Assembly: GCA_944386845.1 (NCBI GenBank)
Contig: CALXCP010000008.1
Coordinates: 1-52,432 of the forward strand
Source of the DNA: an uncultured Oscillospiraceae bacterium
Lineage (GTDB): Bacteria > Bacillota > Clostridia > Oscillospirales > Oscillospiraceae
Length of the DNA stretch: 52,432 nt
Direction of reading: 5' to 3'
The notes under the pieces are model-generated. The model was not told the DNA's origin. It made no database searches and worked only from the letters and a program-made list of their open reading frames with translations. Below are positions 9,515 to 17,827 of this stretch, one piece after another. A program made the translations under genes and the position numbers. Numbering within the stretch: the stretch's first letter is position 1; each line of letters starts with the position of its first letter.

Positions 9515-9919
9515 ATGGCCGTGGACAGGCTGCGGAAATTCGACATCGCCGTGGTGTGCGTCACGGCGGCCTTCCTGCTGCTGGCGGCGGGATACTTCCT
9601 CTGGACCGACCGGGGGGACGAGCCCTGGCAGGTGGAGACGGTCCGCCGGGACGAGCCGCCCGCCGCCCAGACGGCGGAGCAGCCGGAGGCGTCCCAGCGG
9701 CCCGAGAAGCTGCTGGAGGGGGAGACCATCGACATCAACACGGCCTCGGTGCTGGAGCTGCAGCGGCTGCCCGGCATCGGGGAGGCCCGGGCCCAGGCCA
9801 TCGCCGACTGGCGGGAGGAGGAGGGCCCCTTCACCGCGCCCGAGGACCTGATGCTGGTCCCCGGCATCGGCGAGGGCATCCTGGCCCAGTGCCGGGACTA
9901 CATCACGGTGGGGGAGTGA
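9515..9919 (+). CDS. comEA: ComEA-like helix-hairpin-helix DNA-binding competence protein
   Basis: N-terminal TM, C-terminal tandem HhH (LQRLPGIGEARAQAIADWREEEGPFTAPEDLMLVPGIGEGIL). Start chosen at ATG 9515 behind GGAGGGGGGA. The track start at 9425 lacks an RBS. Confidence 0.65.
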   Translation: MAVDRLRKFDIAVVCVTAAFLLLAAGYFLWTDRGDEPWQVETVRRDEPPAAQTAEQPEASQRPEKLLEGETIDINTASVLELQRLPGIGEARAQAIADWREEEGPFTAPEDLMLVPGIGEGILAQCRDYITVGE

Positions 9920-9923
9920 GGAC

Positions 9924-10619
9924 ATGGCCAGGATCCTGGTGGTGGACGACGAGAAGGTGCTGGTGAAGGGCATCAAGTTCAACCTGGAGAACGAGGGCTA
10001 CCAGGTGGAGACCGGCTCCGACGGCGAGGAGGCGGTGGAGCTGGCCCGGGGGGGCGGCTTCGACCTGATCCTGCTGGACCTGATGATGCCCAAGATCGAC
10101 GGGCTCCAGGCCTGTATGCGCATCCGGGAGTTCTCCAACGTCCCCATCATCATGCTCACCGCCCGCAGCGAGGACGCCGACAAGCTGGTGGGCTTCGAGT
10201 GCGGGGCAGACGACTACATCACCAAGCCCTTCAACATCCTGGAGCTCAAGGCCCGGATCCGGGCCCTGCTGCGCCGGGCGGGGGCCGCCGAGAAGCGGAC
10301 GGGGGGCGCCCGGCTCACCCAGGGGCACATCACCCTGGACACGGCGGAGCGCGCCGCCTGGCGGGGGGAGGAGCCGGTGGACCTCACCGCCAAGGAGTTC
10401 GACCTGATGGAGCTGCTCATGCGCAACCCCGGCCGGGTCTACTCCCGGGAGAACCTGCTGAACATCGTCTGGGGGTATGAGTACGCCGGGGACTACCGCA
10501 CGGTGGACGTCCACGTCCGCCGCCTGCGGGAGAAGCTGGAGCTGGACCCCGCCAACCCCGAGTTCATCCGGACCAAGTGGGGGGTGGGCTACTACCTGAA
10601 GGGGCAGCAGCCCGCGTGA
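9924..10619 (+). CDS. OmpR/PhoB-family response regulator
   Basis: Receiver domain (VVDDE...D...LDLMMP), winged-helix C-terminus (VDVHVRRLREKLE...IRTKWGVGY). Confidence 0.9.
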   Translation: MARILVVDDEKVLVKGIKFNLENEGYQVETGSDGEEAVELARGGGFDLILLDLMMPKIDGLQACMRIREFSNVPIIMLTARSEDADKLVGFECGADDYITKPFNILELKARIRALLRRAGAAEKRTGGARLTQGHITLDTAERAAWRGEEPVDLTAKEFDLMELLMRNPGRVYSRENLLNIVWGYEYAGDYRTVDVHVRRLREKLELDPANPEFIRTKWGVGYYLKGQQPA

Positions 10620-10641
10620 CGCCGGGGAAGGAGGCACCGCC

Positions 10642-12126
10642 ATGAACGAGACCCGGGGCGCCCCCCGGTTTTTCCAGTCCATCCAGGTGAAGTACGCCCT
10701 GACCTATCTCGTCCTGATCGGGGCGGTGCTCATCCTGATGAACACCTACCCGGTGCTCATCTCTCAGGACTCGGTGTTCCGGTCCAAGACCACCGCCCTG
10801 CAGAGCCAGGTGACGGTGATCGCCTCGGCCCTGGCCGAGCAGGAGACCCTCACCGCCGACAACGTGGGGCAGGTCATGGAGGTGCTGGGCCCCATGGGGC
10901 TGACCCGCATCGTGGTCACCGACCCGGCCGGCCTGGTGCTGTACGACTCGGCTGCCCTCCCCGACGGGGAGGAGACCCTCCCGCCCGAGGCGGAGGGGCC
11001 GGCGGAGGAGGAGCCCCCCGTGTACCGCTACGCCCTGTACCGGGAGGTGGTCCGGGCCCTGGAGGGGTACGACAAGGCCACCTCCCGCTTCGCCGGGGAC
11101 GAGTTCCGCAGCAGCGCCGCCGGTCCGGTGGTCTACCGGAACATGATCGTGGGGGCGGTGTACGTCTATGAGGCCGACGGGGAGCAGGCCGCCCTGCTGC
11201 TGGGCATGCAGTCCAACCTGCGGGGCATCTCGCTGCTGATCTGCGCCATGGTGCTGGTGATGAGCGTCCTGTTCTCCAAGGCGCTCACCTCCCGGATCGG
11301 GACGCTGCTCCGGGCCATCCGCATCGTGCGGGAGGGGGAGTACAACCACCGGGTCACCCTGAAGGGCCGGGATGAGCTTACCCAGCTGGCCGACGAGTTC
11401 AACCAGCTCACCGACCGCCTCCAGACCACCGAGGAGGTGCGCCGCCGCTTCGTCTCCGACGCCAGCCACGAGCTCAAGACCCCCCTGGCCTCCATCCGGC
11501 TGCTCACCGACTCCATCCTCCAGAGCCAGCACATCGACGAGGCCCTGGCCCGGGAGTTTGTGGGGGACATCGGCGAGGAGGCCGACCGGCTCACCCGCAT
11601 CACCGAGAAGCTGCTCACCCTCACCCGCCTGGACACGGCGCCCCCCGCCCACACCGGGCCGGTTGACGTGGCGGCGGTGGTGGAGAAGGTCCGGCGGATG
11701 CTGGTCCCCCTGGCCCGGGCGGGCGAGGTGGACATCCGGTGCCGTCTGGAGGAGGGCTGCGTCATCCGCTGCACCGAGGACGACCTGTACCAGATCGCCT
11801 TCAACCTCATGGAGAACGCGGTGAAATACAACCTGCCCGGGGGGAGCGTCACGGTGACCCTCCGCCGGGCGGAGGACACCGTGGAGCTGGAGGTGGCCGA
11901 CACCGGGGTGGGCATCCCCCAGGAGGACCTGGACAAGGTGTTCCGCCGCTTCTACCGGGTGGACAAGGCCCGCTCCCGGGCCGCCGGCGGCACCGGGCTG
12001 GGGCTGTCCATCGTCCGGGACACCGTCCTGGCCCACAGCGGAACGGTGTCCGCCCGGGCGGGGGAGGCCGGGGGCAGCGTGTTCCTGGTCACCTTCCCGG
12101 CGTGGAGAGAGGGGGAGGAGCCGTGA
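10642..12126 (+). CDS. sensor histidine kinase (TM-sensor-HAMP-HisKA-HATPase)
   Basis: HELKTPLASI H-box, N/G1/G2 boxes (NAVKYN, DTGVGI, GGTGLGLSIV). Confidence 0.9.
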   Translation: MNETRGAPRFFQSIQVKYALTYLVLIGAVLILMNTYPVLISQDSVFRSKTTALQSQVTVIASALAEQETLTADNVGQVMEVLGPMGLTRIVVTDPAGLVLYDSAALPDGEETLPPEAEGPAEEEPPVYRYALYREVVRALEGYDKATSRFAGDEFRSSAAGPVVYRNMIVGAVYVYEADGEQAALLLGMQSNLRGISLLICAMVLVMSVLFSKALTSRIGTLLRAIRIVREGEYNHRVTLKGRDELTQLADEFNQLTDRLQTTEEVRRRFVSDASHELKTPLASIRLLTDSILQSQHIDEALAREFVGDIGEEADRLTRITEKLLTLTRLDTAPPAHTGPVDVAAVVEKVRRMLVPLARAGEVDIRCRLEEGCVIRCTEDDLYQIAFNLMENAVKYNLPGGSVTVTLRRAEDTVELEVADTGVGIPQEDLDKVFRRFYRVDKARSRAAGGTGLGLSIVRDTVLAHSGTVSARAGEAGGSVFLVTFPAWREGEEP

Positions 12127-12599
12127 AAAAGCTGACCCTGAGCCTGCTGGCCGCCGCCCTGGTGGTCCTGGCCGCCTGCGCCCCCGCCCCGGGGGAGAGC
12201 GGGGAGGGGCTGTTCCTCTACTTCGCCTCGACGGAGGACGCGGGGGCCGCCCTGGTCCCGGTGGAGTACACCGGGGCGGAGGAGCCCGGCGTGCGGCAGC
12301 TGATGAGCGCCCTGCTGGCCGGCCCGGAAGAGCCCGGCCTGACCTCGGCGGTGCCCTCCTGGGTGACCCTGCGGGGCTATCGCCTGGAGGACGGGGTGCT
12401 CTACCTGGACCTGTCGGAGAATTACGGCGGGCTCAGCGGCGTCGACCTGACCCTGGCGGACTACGCCATCACCCTCACCCTGAGCCAGCTGCCCGGGGTG
12501 GAGGGGGTCCGGATCACCGCCGACGGAGAGCCCCTGAGCTATCGCAGCCATCAGATCCTCACCTCCGAGGAGGCCCTGCTGTGGGCGGAGGAGCCCTGA
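12123..12599 (+). CDS. GerMN-domain lipoprotein
   Basis: GTG start overlapping the HK stop (GTGA). Signal peptide with LAAC lipobox-like end. GerMN-like C-terminal pattern. Family assignment by eye only. Confidence 0.5.
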   Translation: MKKLTLSLLAAALVVLAACAPAPGESGEGLFLYFASTEDAGAALVPVEYTGAEEPGVRQLMSALLAGPEEPGLTSAVPSWVTLRGYRLEDGVLYLDLSENYGGLSGVDLTLADYAITLTLSQLPGVEGVRITADGEPLSYRSHQILTSEEALLWAEEP

Positions 12600-12642
12600 G
12601 AGAAGAAAACAGACACTTTACAGATAAAAGGAGCAAACGAGC

Positions 12643-13923
12643 ATGAGCAACTACAACATCAACACCAAGTGCGTCCAGGGGGGCTACACCCCCAAAAACG
12701 GCGAGCCCCGCCAGATCCCCATCGTCCAGTCCACCACCTTCCGGTACGCCACCAGCGAGGACATGGGCAAGCTCTTCGACCTGGAGGCCAGCGGCTATTT
12801 CTACACCCGGCTCCAGAACCCCACCAACGACATGGTGGCGGCCAAGATCTGCGACATGGAGGGGGGCGCCGCCGCCATGCTCACCTCTTCGGGCCAGGCG
12901 GCCAACTTCTTCTCCATCTTCAACATCGCCAACTGCGGCGACCATGTGGTGGCCTCCTCCACCATCTACGGCGGCACCTACAACCTCTTCCACGTCACCA
13001 TGCGGAAGATGGGCATCGACTTCACCTTCGTGGAGCCCGACTGCACCGACGAGGAACTGGAGGCCGCCTTCCGGCCCAACACCAAGGCGGTCTTCGGCGA
13101 GACCATCGCCAACCCCGCCCTCACCGTGCTGGACCTGGAGCGCTTCGCCGGGGCGGCCCACGCCCACGGGGTGCCCTTCATCGTGGACAACACCTTCGCC
13201 ACCCCGGTGAACTGCCGCCCCATCGAGTGGGGGGCCGACATCGTCACCCACTCCACCACCAAGTACATGGACGGCCACGGGGCCGCCGTGGGCGGGGCCA
13301 TCGTGGACTCCGGCAAGTTCGACTGGATGGCCCACGCCGACAAGTTCCCCGGCCTGACCACCCCCGACGAGAGCTACCACGGCATCACCTACGCCACCAA
13401 GTTCGGCCCCGGGGCCTTCATCACCAAGTGCACCGCCCAGCTCATGCGGGACTTCGGCTCCATCCAGGCCCCCCAGAACGCCTTTCTGCTGAACCTCGGT
13501 CTGGAGAGCCTTCACGTCCGGATGCCCCGGCACTGTGAGAACGCCCTGGCGGTGGCCCGGTTCCTGAAGAGCCACGACAAGATCTCCTTCGTCACCTACC
13601 CCGGTCTGGAGGGGGACAAGTACTACGACCTGGCGAAGAAGTACATGCCCAACGGCACCTGCGGCGTGGTGTCCTTCGGCTTTAAGGGCGGCCGGAAGGC
13701 GGCGGAGAGCTTCATGAAGCACCTGAAGCTGGCCGCCATCGAGACCCATGTGGCCGACGCCCGGACCTGCTGCCTGCACCCCGCCTCGGCCACCCACCGG
13801 CAGATGAACGACCAGGAGCTGGCCGCCGCCGGCATCACCCCCGACCTGGTGCGCTTCTCCTGCGGCATCGAGGACGCCGGTGACCTCGTCGCCGACATCG
13901 CCCAGGCGCTGGACCAGATTTGA
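12643..13923 (+). CDS. metY: O-acetylhomoserine/O-acetylserine sulfhydrylase (PLP-dependent, Cys/Met metabolism family)
   Basis: N-terminus MSNYNINTKCVQGGYTP..., PLP-lysine region HSTTKYMDGHG, ~426 aa. Confidence 0.9.
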   Translation: MSNYNINTKCVQGGYTPKNGEPRQIPIVQSTTFRYATSEDMGKLFDLEASGYFYTRLQNPTNDMVAAKICDMEGGAAAMLTSSGQAANFFSIFNIANCGDHVVASSTIYGGTYNLFHVTMRKMGIDFTFVEPDCTDEELEAAFRPNTKAVFGETIANPALTVLDLERFAGAAHAHGVPFIVDNTFATPVNCRPIEWGADIVTHSTTKYMDGHGAAVGGAIVDSGKFDWMAHADKFPGLTTPDESYHGITYATKFGPGAFITKCTAQLMRDFGSIQAPQNAFLLNLGLESLHVRMPRHCENALAVARFLKSHDKISFVTYPGLEGDKYYDLAKKYMPNGTCGVVSFGFKGGRKAAESFMKHLKLAAIETHVADARTCCLHPASATHRQMNDQELAAAGITPDLVRFSCGIEDAGDLVADIAQALDQI

Positions 13924-13939
13924 CACACAGGACCGCGAA

Positions 13940-13972
13940 GGGCCCCGCACGAGAGCGTGCGGGGCCCTTTTC
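13940..13972 (+). terminator. rho-independent terminator
   Basis: GGGCCCCGCACG-AGAGC-GTGCGGGGCCC followed by TTTT. Confidence 0.7.
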
Positions 13973-14005
13973 ACGGTCGATGAGGAATCAGGAATGAGGG
14001 ACCAG

Positions 14006-14063
14006 GGAGCGCGGGGCCCGGCCGGGCCCCGCGCTCCTTCGTTTCTGATTTTTTTATTTTTTT
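14006..14063 (+). terminator. second tandem terminator
   Basis: Perfect 14-bp stem GGAGCGCGGGGCCC/GGGCCCCGCGCTCC with loop GGCC, followed by a T-rich tract TTCGTTTCTGATTTTTTTATTTTTTT. Confidence 0.7.
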
Positions 14064-14074
14064 CGCAGAAGGGC

Positions 14075-14129
14075 TTGACAAACGCCTGAGGTTGTATTAT
14101 TGTATTAGTTGTTTAATACAATAATACAA
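14075..14129 (+). promoter_or_regulatory. promoter (TTGACA-17-TATTGT) overlapping a perfect 16-bp inverted-repeat operator
   Basis: TTGACA at 14075-14080. TTGTATTATTGTATTA (14092-14107) - GTTGTT - TAATACAATAATACAA (14114-14129) are exact reverse complements. Lies directly upstream of the GntR gene. Confidence 0.6.
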
Positions 14130-14146
14130 TGAAGGGAGCGGAGCCA

Positions 14147-14506
14147 ATGGAGTGGAAGTTCAGCGATGACCGGCCCATCTGGGTCCAGCTCAGCGAGCAG
14201 CTGGCCCGGCGGATCGTCACCGGGGCCTACCCGCCGGGGAGCAAGCTGCCCCCGGTGCGGGAGCTGGCCGCCGAGGCGGGGGTGAACCCCAACACCATGC
14301 AGCGGGCGCTGGCCCAGCTGGAGCAGGACGGCCTGGCCAGGGCCGACCGCACCGCCGGCCGGACGGTCACCGGGGACGCCGGGGTCATCGAGGCGGCCCG
14401 GATGGCCTACGCCAGGGTGAACATCGACGCCTATTTCGACGCCATGGCCGACCTGGGCTTTTCCAGGCAGGCTGCGGTGGACCTGGCCCGGGAGGCGGGA
14501 ACATGA
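14147..14506 (+). CDS. GntR-family transcriptional regulator, YtrA subfamily
   Basis: wHTH N-terminus (LPPVRELAAEAGVNPNTMQRALAQLEQDGL), short C-terminus. Start at ATG 14147 behind GAAGGGAG. Heads an ABC operon as in ytrA loci. Confidence 0.8.
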   Translation: MEWKFSDDRPIWVQLSEQLARRIVTGAYPPGSKLPPVRELAAEAGVNPNTMQRALAQLEQDGLARADRTAGRTVTGDAGVIEAARMAYARVNIDAYFDAMADLGFSRQAAVDLAREAGT

Positions 14507-14637
14507 GCTGCGACGCGCTGGAACGGGGGCGCCTGCTGTGCGCCCGGGAGGAGCTGGAACGCTATCTGCGCCGGATGGCGGAGCTGGGCATCGGCCCGGC
14601 GGAGGCCGTGGCGCTGCTGAAGGAGGAAGGACGATGA
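14503..14637 (+). CDS. 44-codon small ORF (MSCDALERGRLLCAREELERYLRRMAELGIGPAEAVALLKEEGR) translationally coupled at both ends
   Basis: ATGA overlap with the GntR stop and ATGA overlap with the ABC ATPase start. No homology recognised. Confidence 0.35.
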   Translation: MSCDALERGRLLCAREELERYLRRMAELGIGPAEAVALLKEEGR

Positions 14638-15359
14638 ACGAGACATTGGTGGAGTGCCGGGACCTGCGGAAGGTCTACGGCAGAAAGACGGCCCTGGACG
14701 GGGTGGACCTGTCCCTCGGGCGGGGGAGGATCGTGGGTCTGCTGGGCCCCAACGGGAGCGGCAAGACCACCCTCATCAAGATCCTGTGCGGGCTGATCCA
14801 GCCCACCGGAGGCGCCGCGGCGGTGGACGGCCGGGCGGTGGGGCCCTATACCAAGAGCATCATCAGCTATCTGCCCGACCGGATGTACTTCGCCGACTGG
14901 ATGCGGGCCAGCGACCTGTTCGACCTGTTCGGCGACTTCTACGCCGACTTCGACCGGAAGCGGGCGGAGGCCATGTGCCAGAGCCTCGGGGTGGACCCCC
15001 GGGACCGGATGAAGACCATGTCCAAGGGCACCAAGGAGAAGGTGCAGCTGGTGCTGGTGATGGCCCGGCAGGCCCAGCTCTACCTGCTGGATGAGCCCAT
15101 CGCCGGGGTGGATCCGGCGGCCCGGGACTTCATCCTCCACACCATCCTCACCAACTACAACGAGGCGGGCACCGTCCTCATCTCCACCCACCTCATCGGC
15201 GACATCGAGCGGGTGCTGGACGAGGCGGTGTTCCTGAAGGAGGGGAAGGTCACCCTCCACGACAGCGTGGACGGCATCCGGGAAAAGACGGGCAAGAGCG
15301 TGGACGCCCTGTTCCGGGATGTGTTCCGCGCCCAGCCCATGGAAGGAGGCGCGTTCTGA
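14634..15359 (+). CDS. ABC transporter ATP-binding protein (YtrB-like)
   Basis: Start MNETLVECRDLRKVYG behind GAAGGAGGAAGG. Walker A GPNGSGKTT, Walker B LLDEP. Confidence 0.9.
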   Translation: MNETLVECRDLRKVYGRKTALDGVDLSLGRGRIVGLLGPNGSGKTTLIKILCGLIQPTGGAAAVDGRAVGPYTKSIISYLPDRMYFADWMRASDLFDLFGDFYADFDRKRAEAMCQSLGVDPRDRMKTMSKGTKEKVQLVLVMARQAQLYLLDEPIAGVDPAARDFILHTILTNYNEAGTVLISTHLIGDIERVLDEAVFLKEGKVTLHDSVDGIREKTGKSVDALFRDVFRAQPMEGGAF

Positions 15360-16138
15360 TGCTGTGGAAGCTTTTGAAATACGATTTCCGCTCCATGTGG
15401 AAGCAGTTTGCCGTAGTCTGGCCGGCGGTCCTGGTCATCGGCCTGGTCAACCGGTTCACCCTGCCCTGGGAGGTGACGGGGAGCTCCGCCATGGCCAACG
15501 TCCCCGGCGCGGTGGGGGTCACCACTGTCATATTGCTCTTTGCCGGCCTGCTGGCCATGGGGGTGCTGGCCCTGGTGTTCATCCTCCAGCGGTTCTACAA
15601 GGGCCTGCTGGGGGACGAGGGCTACCTGATGCACACCCTGCCGGTGAAGCCCTGGCAGCTGGTGGCATCCAAGCTCATCTGCGCGGTGGTCATGCTGATC
15701 ATCAGCGGCGCCGTGGCCTTTCTGGCCATGCTGCTGATGGTGCCGGTGGATTGGAGCGCCCTGTTCCAGGAGGGCATCCTGGGCAACGTGATCCGCTGGG
15801 CCGCCACGAACCTCGGGGACGTGGCGGTGCTGCTGGAGATCGTCCTTCTGCTGGTGGAGGTGCTGGCCCTGATGGTGCTGACGTGCTACGCCGCCATGGC
15901 GGTGGGCCACCTCTTCCAGCGCCACCGGGTGGCCATGAGCGTGGTGGCCTTCGTGGTGCTGGACATCGTGATCAGCAACCTCACCGCCATCCTGGGCCGG
16001 CTGGCGGCCCCTCTGGAGATCTTCGCGGTGAACTCCCAGGTGGGCATCTGGGCGGTCATCCTGTACCAGGCCGTCCTGGGCGCCGCCCTCTTCGCCGGCG
16101 CCACCCTGGTCCTCAGCCGCCGGCTGAACCTGGAGTAA
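15359..16138 (+). CDS. ABC-2/YtrC-like membrane permease
   Basis: ATGA overlap with the ATPase gene. 6 predicted TM segments. Confidence 0.7.
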   Translation: MLWKLLKYDFRSMWKQFAVVWPAVLVIGLVNRFTLPWEVTGSSAMANVPGAVGVTTVILLFAGLLAMGVLALVFILQRFYKGLLGDEGYLMHTLPVKPWQLVASKLICAVVMLIISGAVAFLAMLLMVPVDWSALFQEGILGNVIRWAATNLGDVAVLLEIVLLLVEVLALMVLTCYAAMAVGHLFQRHRVAMSVVAFVVLDIVISNLTAILGRLAAPLEIFAVNSQVGIWAVILYQAVLGAALFAGATLVLSRRLNLE

Positions 16139-16170
16139 ACGGAACACAAAGGCGTGCCGCCCCGGCGGTA

Positions 16171-16215
16171 AAAAGCGAACGCGCTGCTCTGAAGCTCAGA
16201 GCAGCGCGTTCAGCG
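16171..16215. terminator. bidirectional terminator (perfect 16-bp stem)
   Basis: GAACGCGCTGCTCTGA-AGC-TCAGAGCAGCGCGTTC flanked by A-run and T-containing tracts. Overlaps the last codons of the Sir2 gene. Confidence 0.65.
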
Positions 16216-17065
16216 TCTTTCCGATGTCCCCGCCGACGCAGACAGACCGGGAGGCCAGCTCCCGGGGGGCGGTGGCCTGGCCGGCGTTGACCACGGCGTA
16301 GACTGCGTCCGGGTTTTGGGCGGTGAGCCGCCAGAAGGAGTACTTGATGATGCCCGGGGTGCTGTAGCCCACCCCCAGCTCCAGGTAGAGCACCCGGCCC
16401 GTTCGGTGCCGGCGGAGGAAGTCCTCATATCGGGCCGCCGCGGCGTACCAGCCCCCATCCTGGACGAAGGTGCCGTCGGTGCGCAGGTTCATGGCCATGG
16501 GGGCCCCGCACCTATGGCAGCGGGGGACCAGCCCGGAGGGGATCCGCATATCCCGCTGCTCCGCCGCCATCCGCCGGACGGCCGCCTCGTTGTCGTAGGT
16601 CTCCTGATGACAGGGCACTGAGCACTGCCACAGGCCGTAGTCCCCCTGGGTGTAGAACAGCCGCCCCTTGTCAAAGCCCGCCCGCTGGAAGCAGTGGTCC
16701 ACGTTGGTGGTGAGGACGAAGTGGTCCCGCTCTTCCAGCAGCCGGCGCAGGGCTTCGTACACCGGCCCGGGCGGGTCCCCGTACCGGTTGAGAAGGATGC
16801 TCCGGCTCCAGAAGGCCCACTGCTCCTCTGGGGTGGGGTAGGGGTAGAAGCCCCCGGTGTACATGTCGTGGAAGCCGTATCTGGCCTCAAAGTCGGCGAA
16901 GTGGGCCCGAAAGCGCGCCCCGCCGTAGTCGAAGCCGGCCGAGGCGGACAGACCGGCCCCGGCCCCCACCACCACCGCGTCCGCCCGGTCAAGGGCGGCC
17001 CGGAGCCGGTCAACAGAGTCCGAGCAGCTCCCGGTAGATGGAGGCATCTGTGTTTTGAAAGACAT
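16196..17065 (-). CDS. Sir2-family protein, SirTM-like (predicted ADP-ribosyltransferase rather than deacylase)
   Basis: GAGAGLSASAGFDYGG (sirtuin GAGIS...FR), TTNVDHCFQRAG (TQNIDxLHxxAG), Cys4 Zn ribbon CSVPC...CHRCG. The expected catalytic His in the (E)LHG motif reads TQG. Start uncertain; the ORF overlaps the macro gene by up to 56 nt. Confidence 0.7.
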   Translation of the reverse strand: MSFKTQMPPSTGSCSDSVDRLRAALDRADAVVVGAGAGLSASAGFDYGGARFRAHFADFEARYGFHDMYTGGFYPYPTPEEQWAFWSRSILLNRYGDPPGPVYEALRRLLEERDHFVLTTNVDHCFQRAGFDKGRLFYTQGDYGLWQCSVPCHQETYDNEAAVRRMAAEQRDMRIPSGLVPRCHRCGAPMAMNLRTDGTFVQDGGWYAAAARYEDFLRRHRTGRVLYLELGVGYSTPGIIKYSFWRLTAQNPDAVYAVVNAGQATAPRELASRSVCVGGDIGKTLNALL

Positions 17066-17798
17066 TGAAAATCACCCTCTTGATGCAGGTGGGGGCGGAC
17101 AAAAAACGGGTCACCGTCTCCACGGCAATCTCCGCCGCCGCCCGGTGGGGGAAGCGGAACTCCCCGGTGGAGATACAGCAGAAGGCCACGCTGCTCAGAC
17201 CATGCTCCGCCGCCAGGGACAGGCAGGACGTGTAGCAGGAGGCCAGAGCCGCCCGGTCCGCCGCCGTCACCGACCCGGAGACGATGGGACCCACGGTGTG
17301 GAGCACATGCCGGGCGGGCAGGTTATAGCCCGCCGTCAGCCTGGCCCGCCCGGCGGGCTCGGGGTATCCCTGGGCCGCCATGAGGCGGGCGCACTCGTCC
17401 CGGAGCTGGAGCCCCGCCGCCGAGTGGATGGCGTTGTCGATGCAGCCGTGGCAGGGGTGGAAGCAGCCCAGCAGGGCGGAGTTGGCGGCATTGACGATGG
17501 CATCGGCCCGCAGACGGGTGATGTCTCCCTGCCACAGCGCCACGCCGGGGCGCCCGGGGACCTCCGGCAGGGTCATGACGTCCACCGCGCCTCGCTCCGC
17601 CGCCTCGGCGGACAGGAGCCGGTCCTGGAGCCGGAGAAACTCCGGGTCCAGGGGCAGAGGCGGACGGATGTTCATCAGAGCCCGCAGGAGCCGCCGCGCC
17701 CCTTCCCGGGTCCGGAACTCCGCCGCCCAGAGGCGGCACTCGGGCATCTCGGCCAGCAGCATTTTGTTGAGCTGCTCGATCTGCCGCAGACGGTCCAT
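17010..17798 (-). CDS. macrodomain protein (MacroD-type, with extra Cys/His in catalytic loop, Zn-macro-like)
   Basis: ADAIVNAANSALLGCFHPCHGCIDNAIHSAAG matches the DAIVNAANxxLLGGGGVDGAIHRAAG core with a CFHPCHGC insertion. Confidence 0.85.
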   Translation of the reverse strand: MDRLRQIEQLNKMLLAEMPECRLWAAEFRTREGARRLLRALMNIRPPLPLDPEFLRLQDRLLSAEAAERGAVDVMTLPEVPGRPGVALWQGDITRLRADAIVNAANSALLGCFHPCHGCIDNAIHSAAGLQLRDECARLMAAQGYPEPAGRARLTAGYNLPARHVLHTVGPIVSGSVTAADRAALASCYTSCLSLAAEHGLSSVAFCCISTGEFRFPHRAAAEIAVETVTRFLSAPTCIKRVIFNVFQNTDASIYRELLGLC

Positions 17799-17827
17799 GG
17801 GGAGACCTCCTCTCTGAAAGCTGCCTG

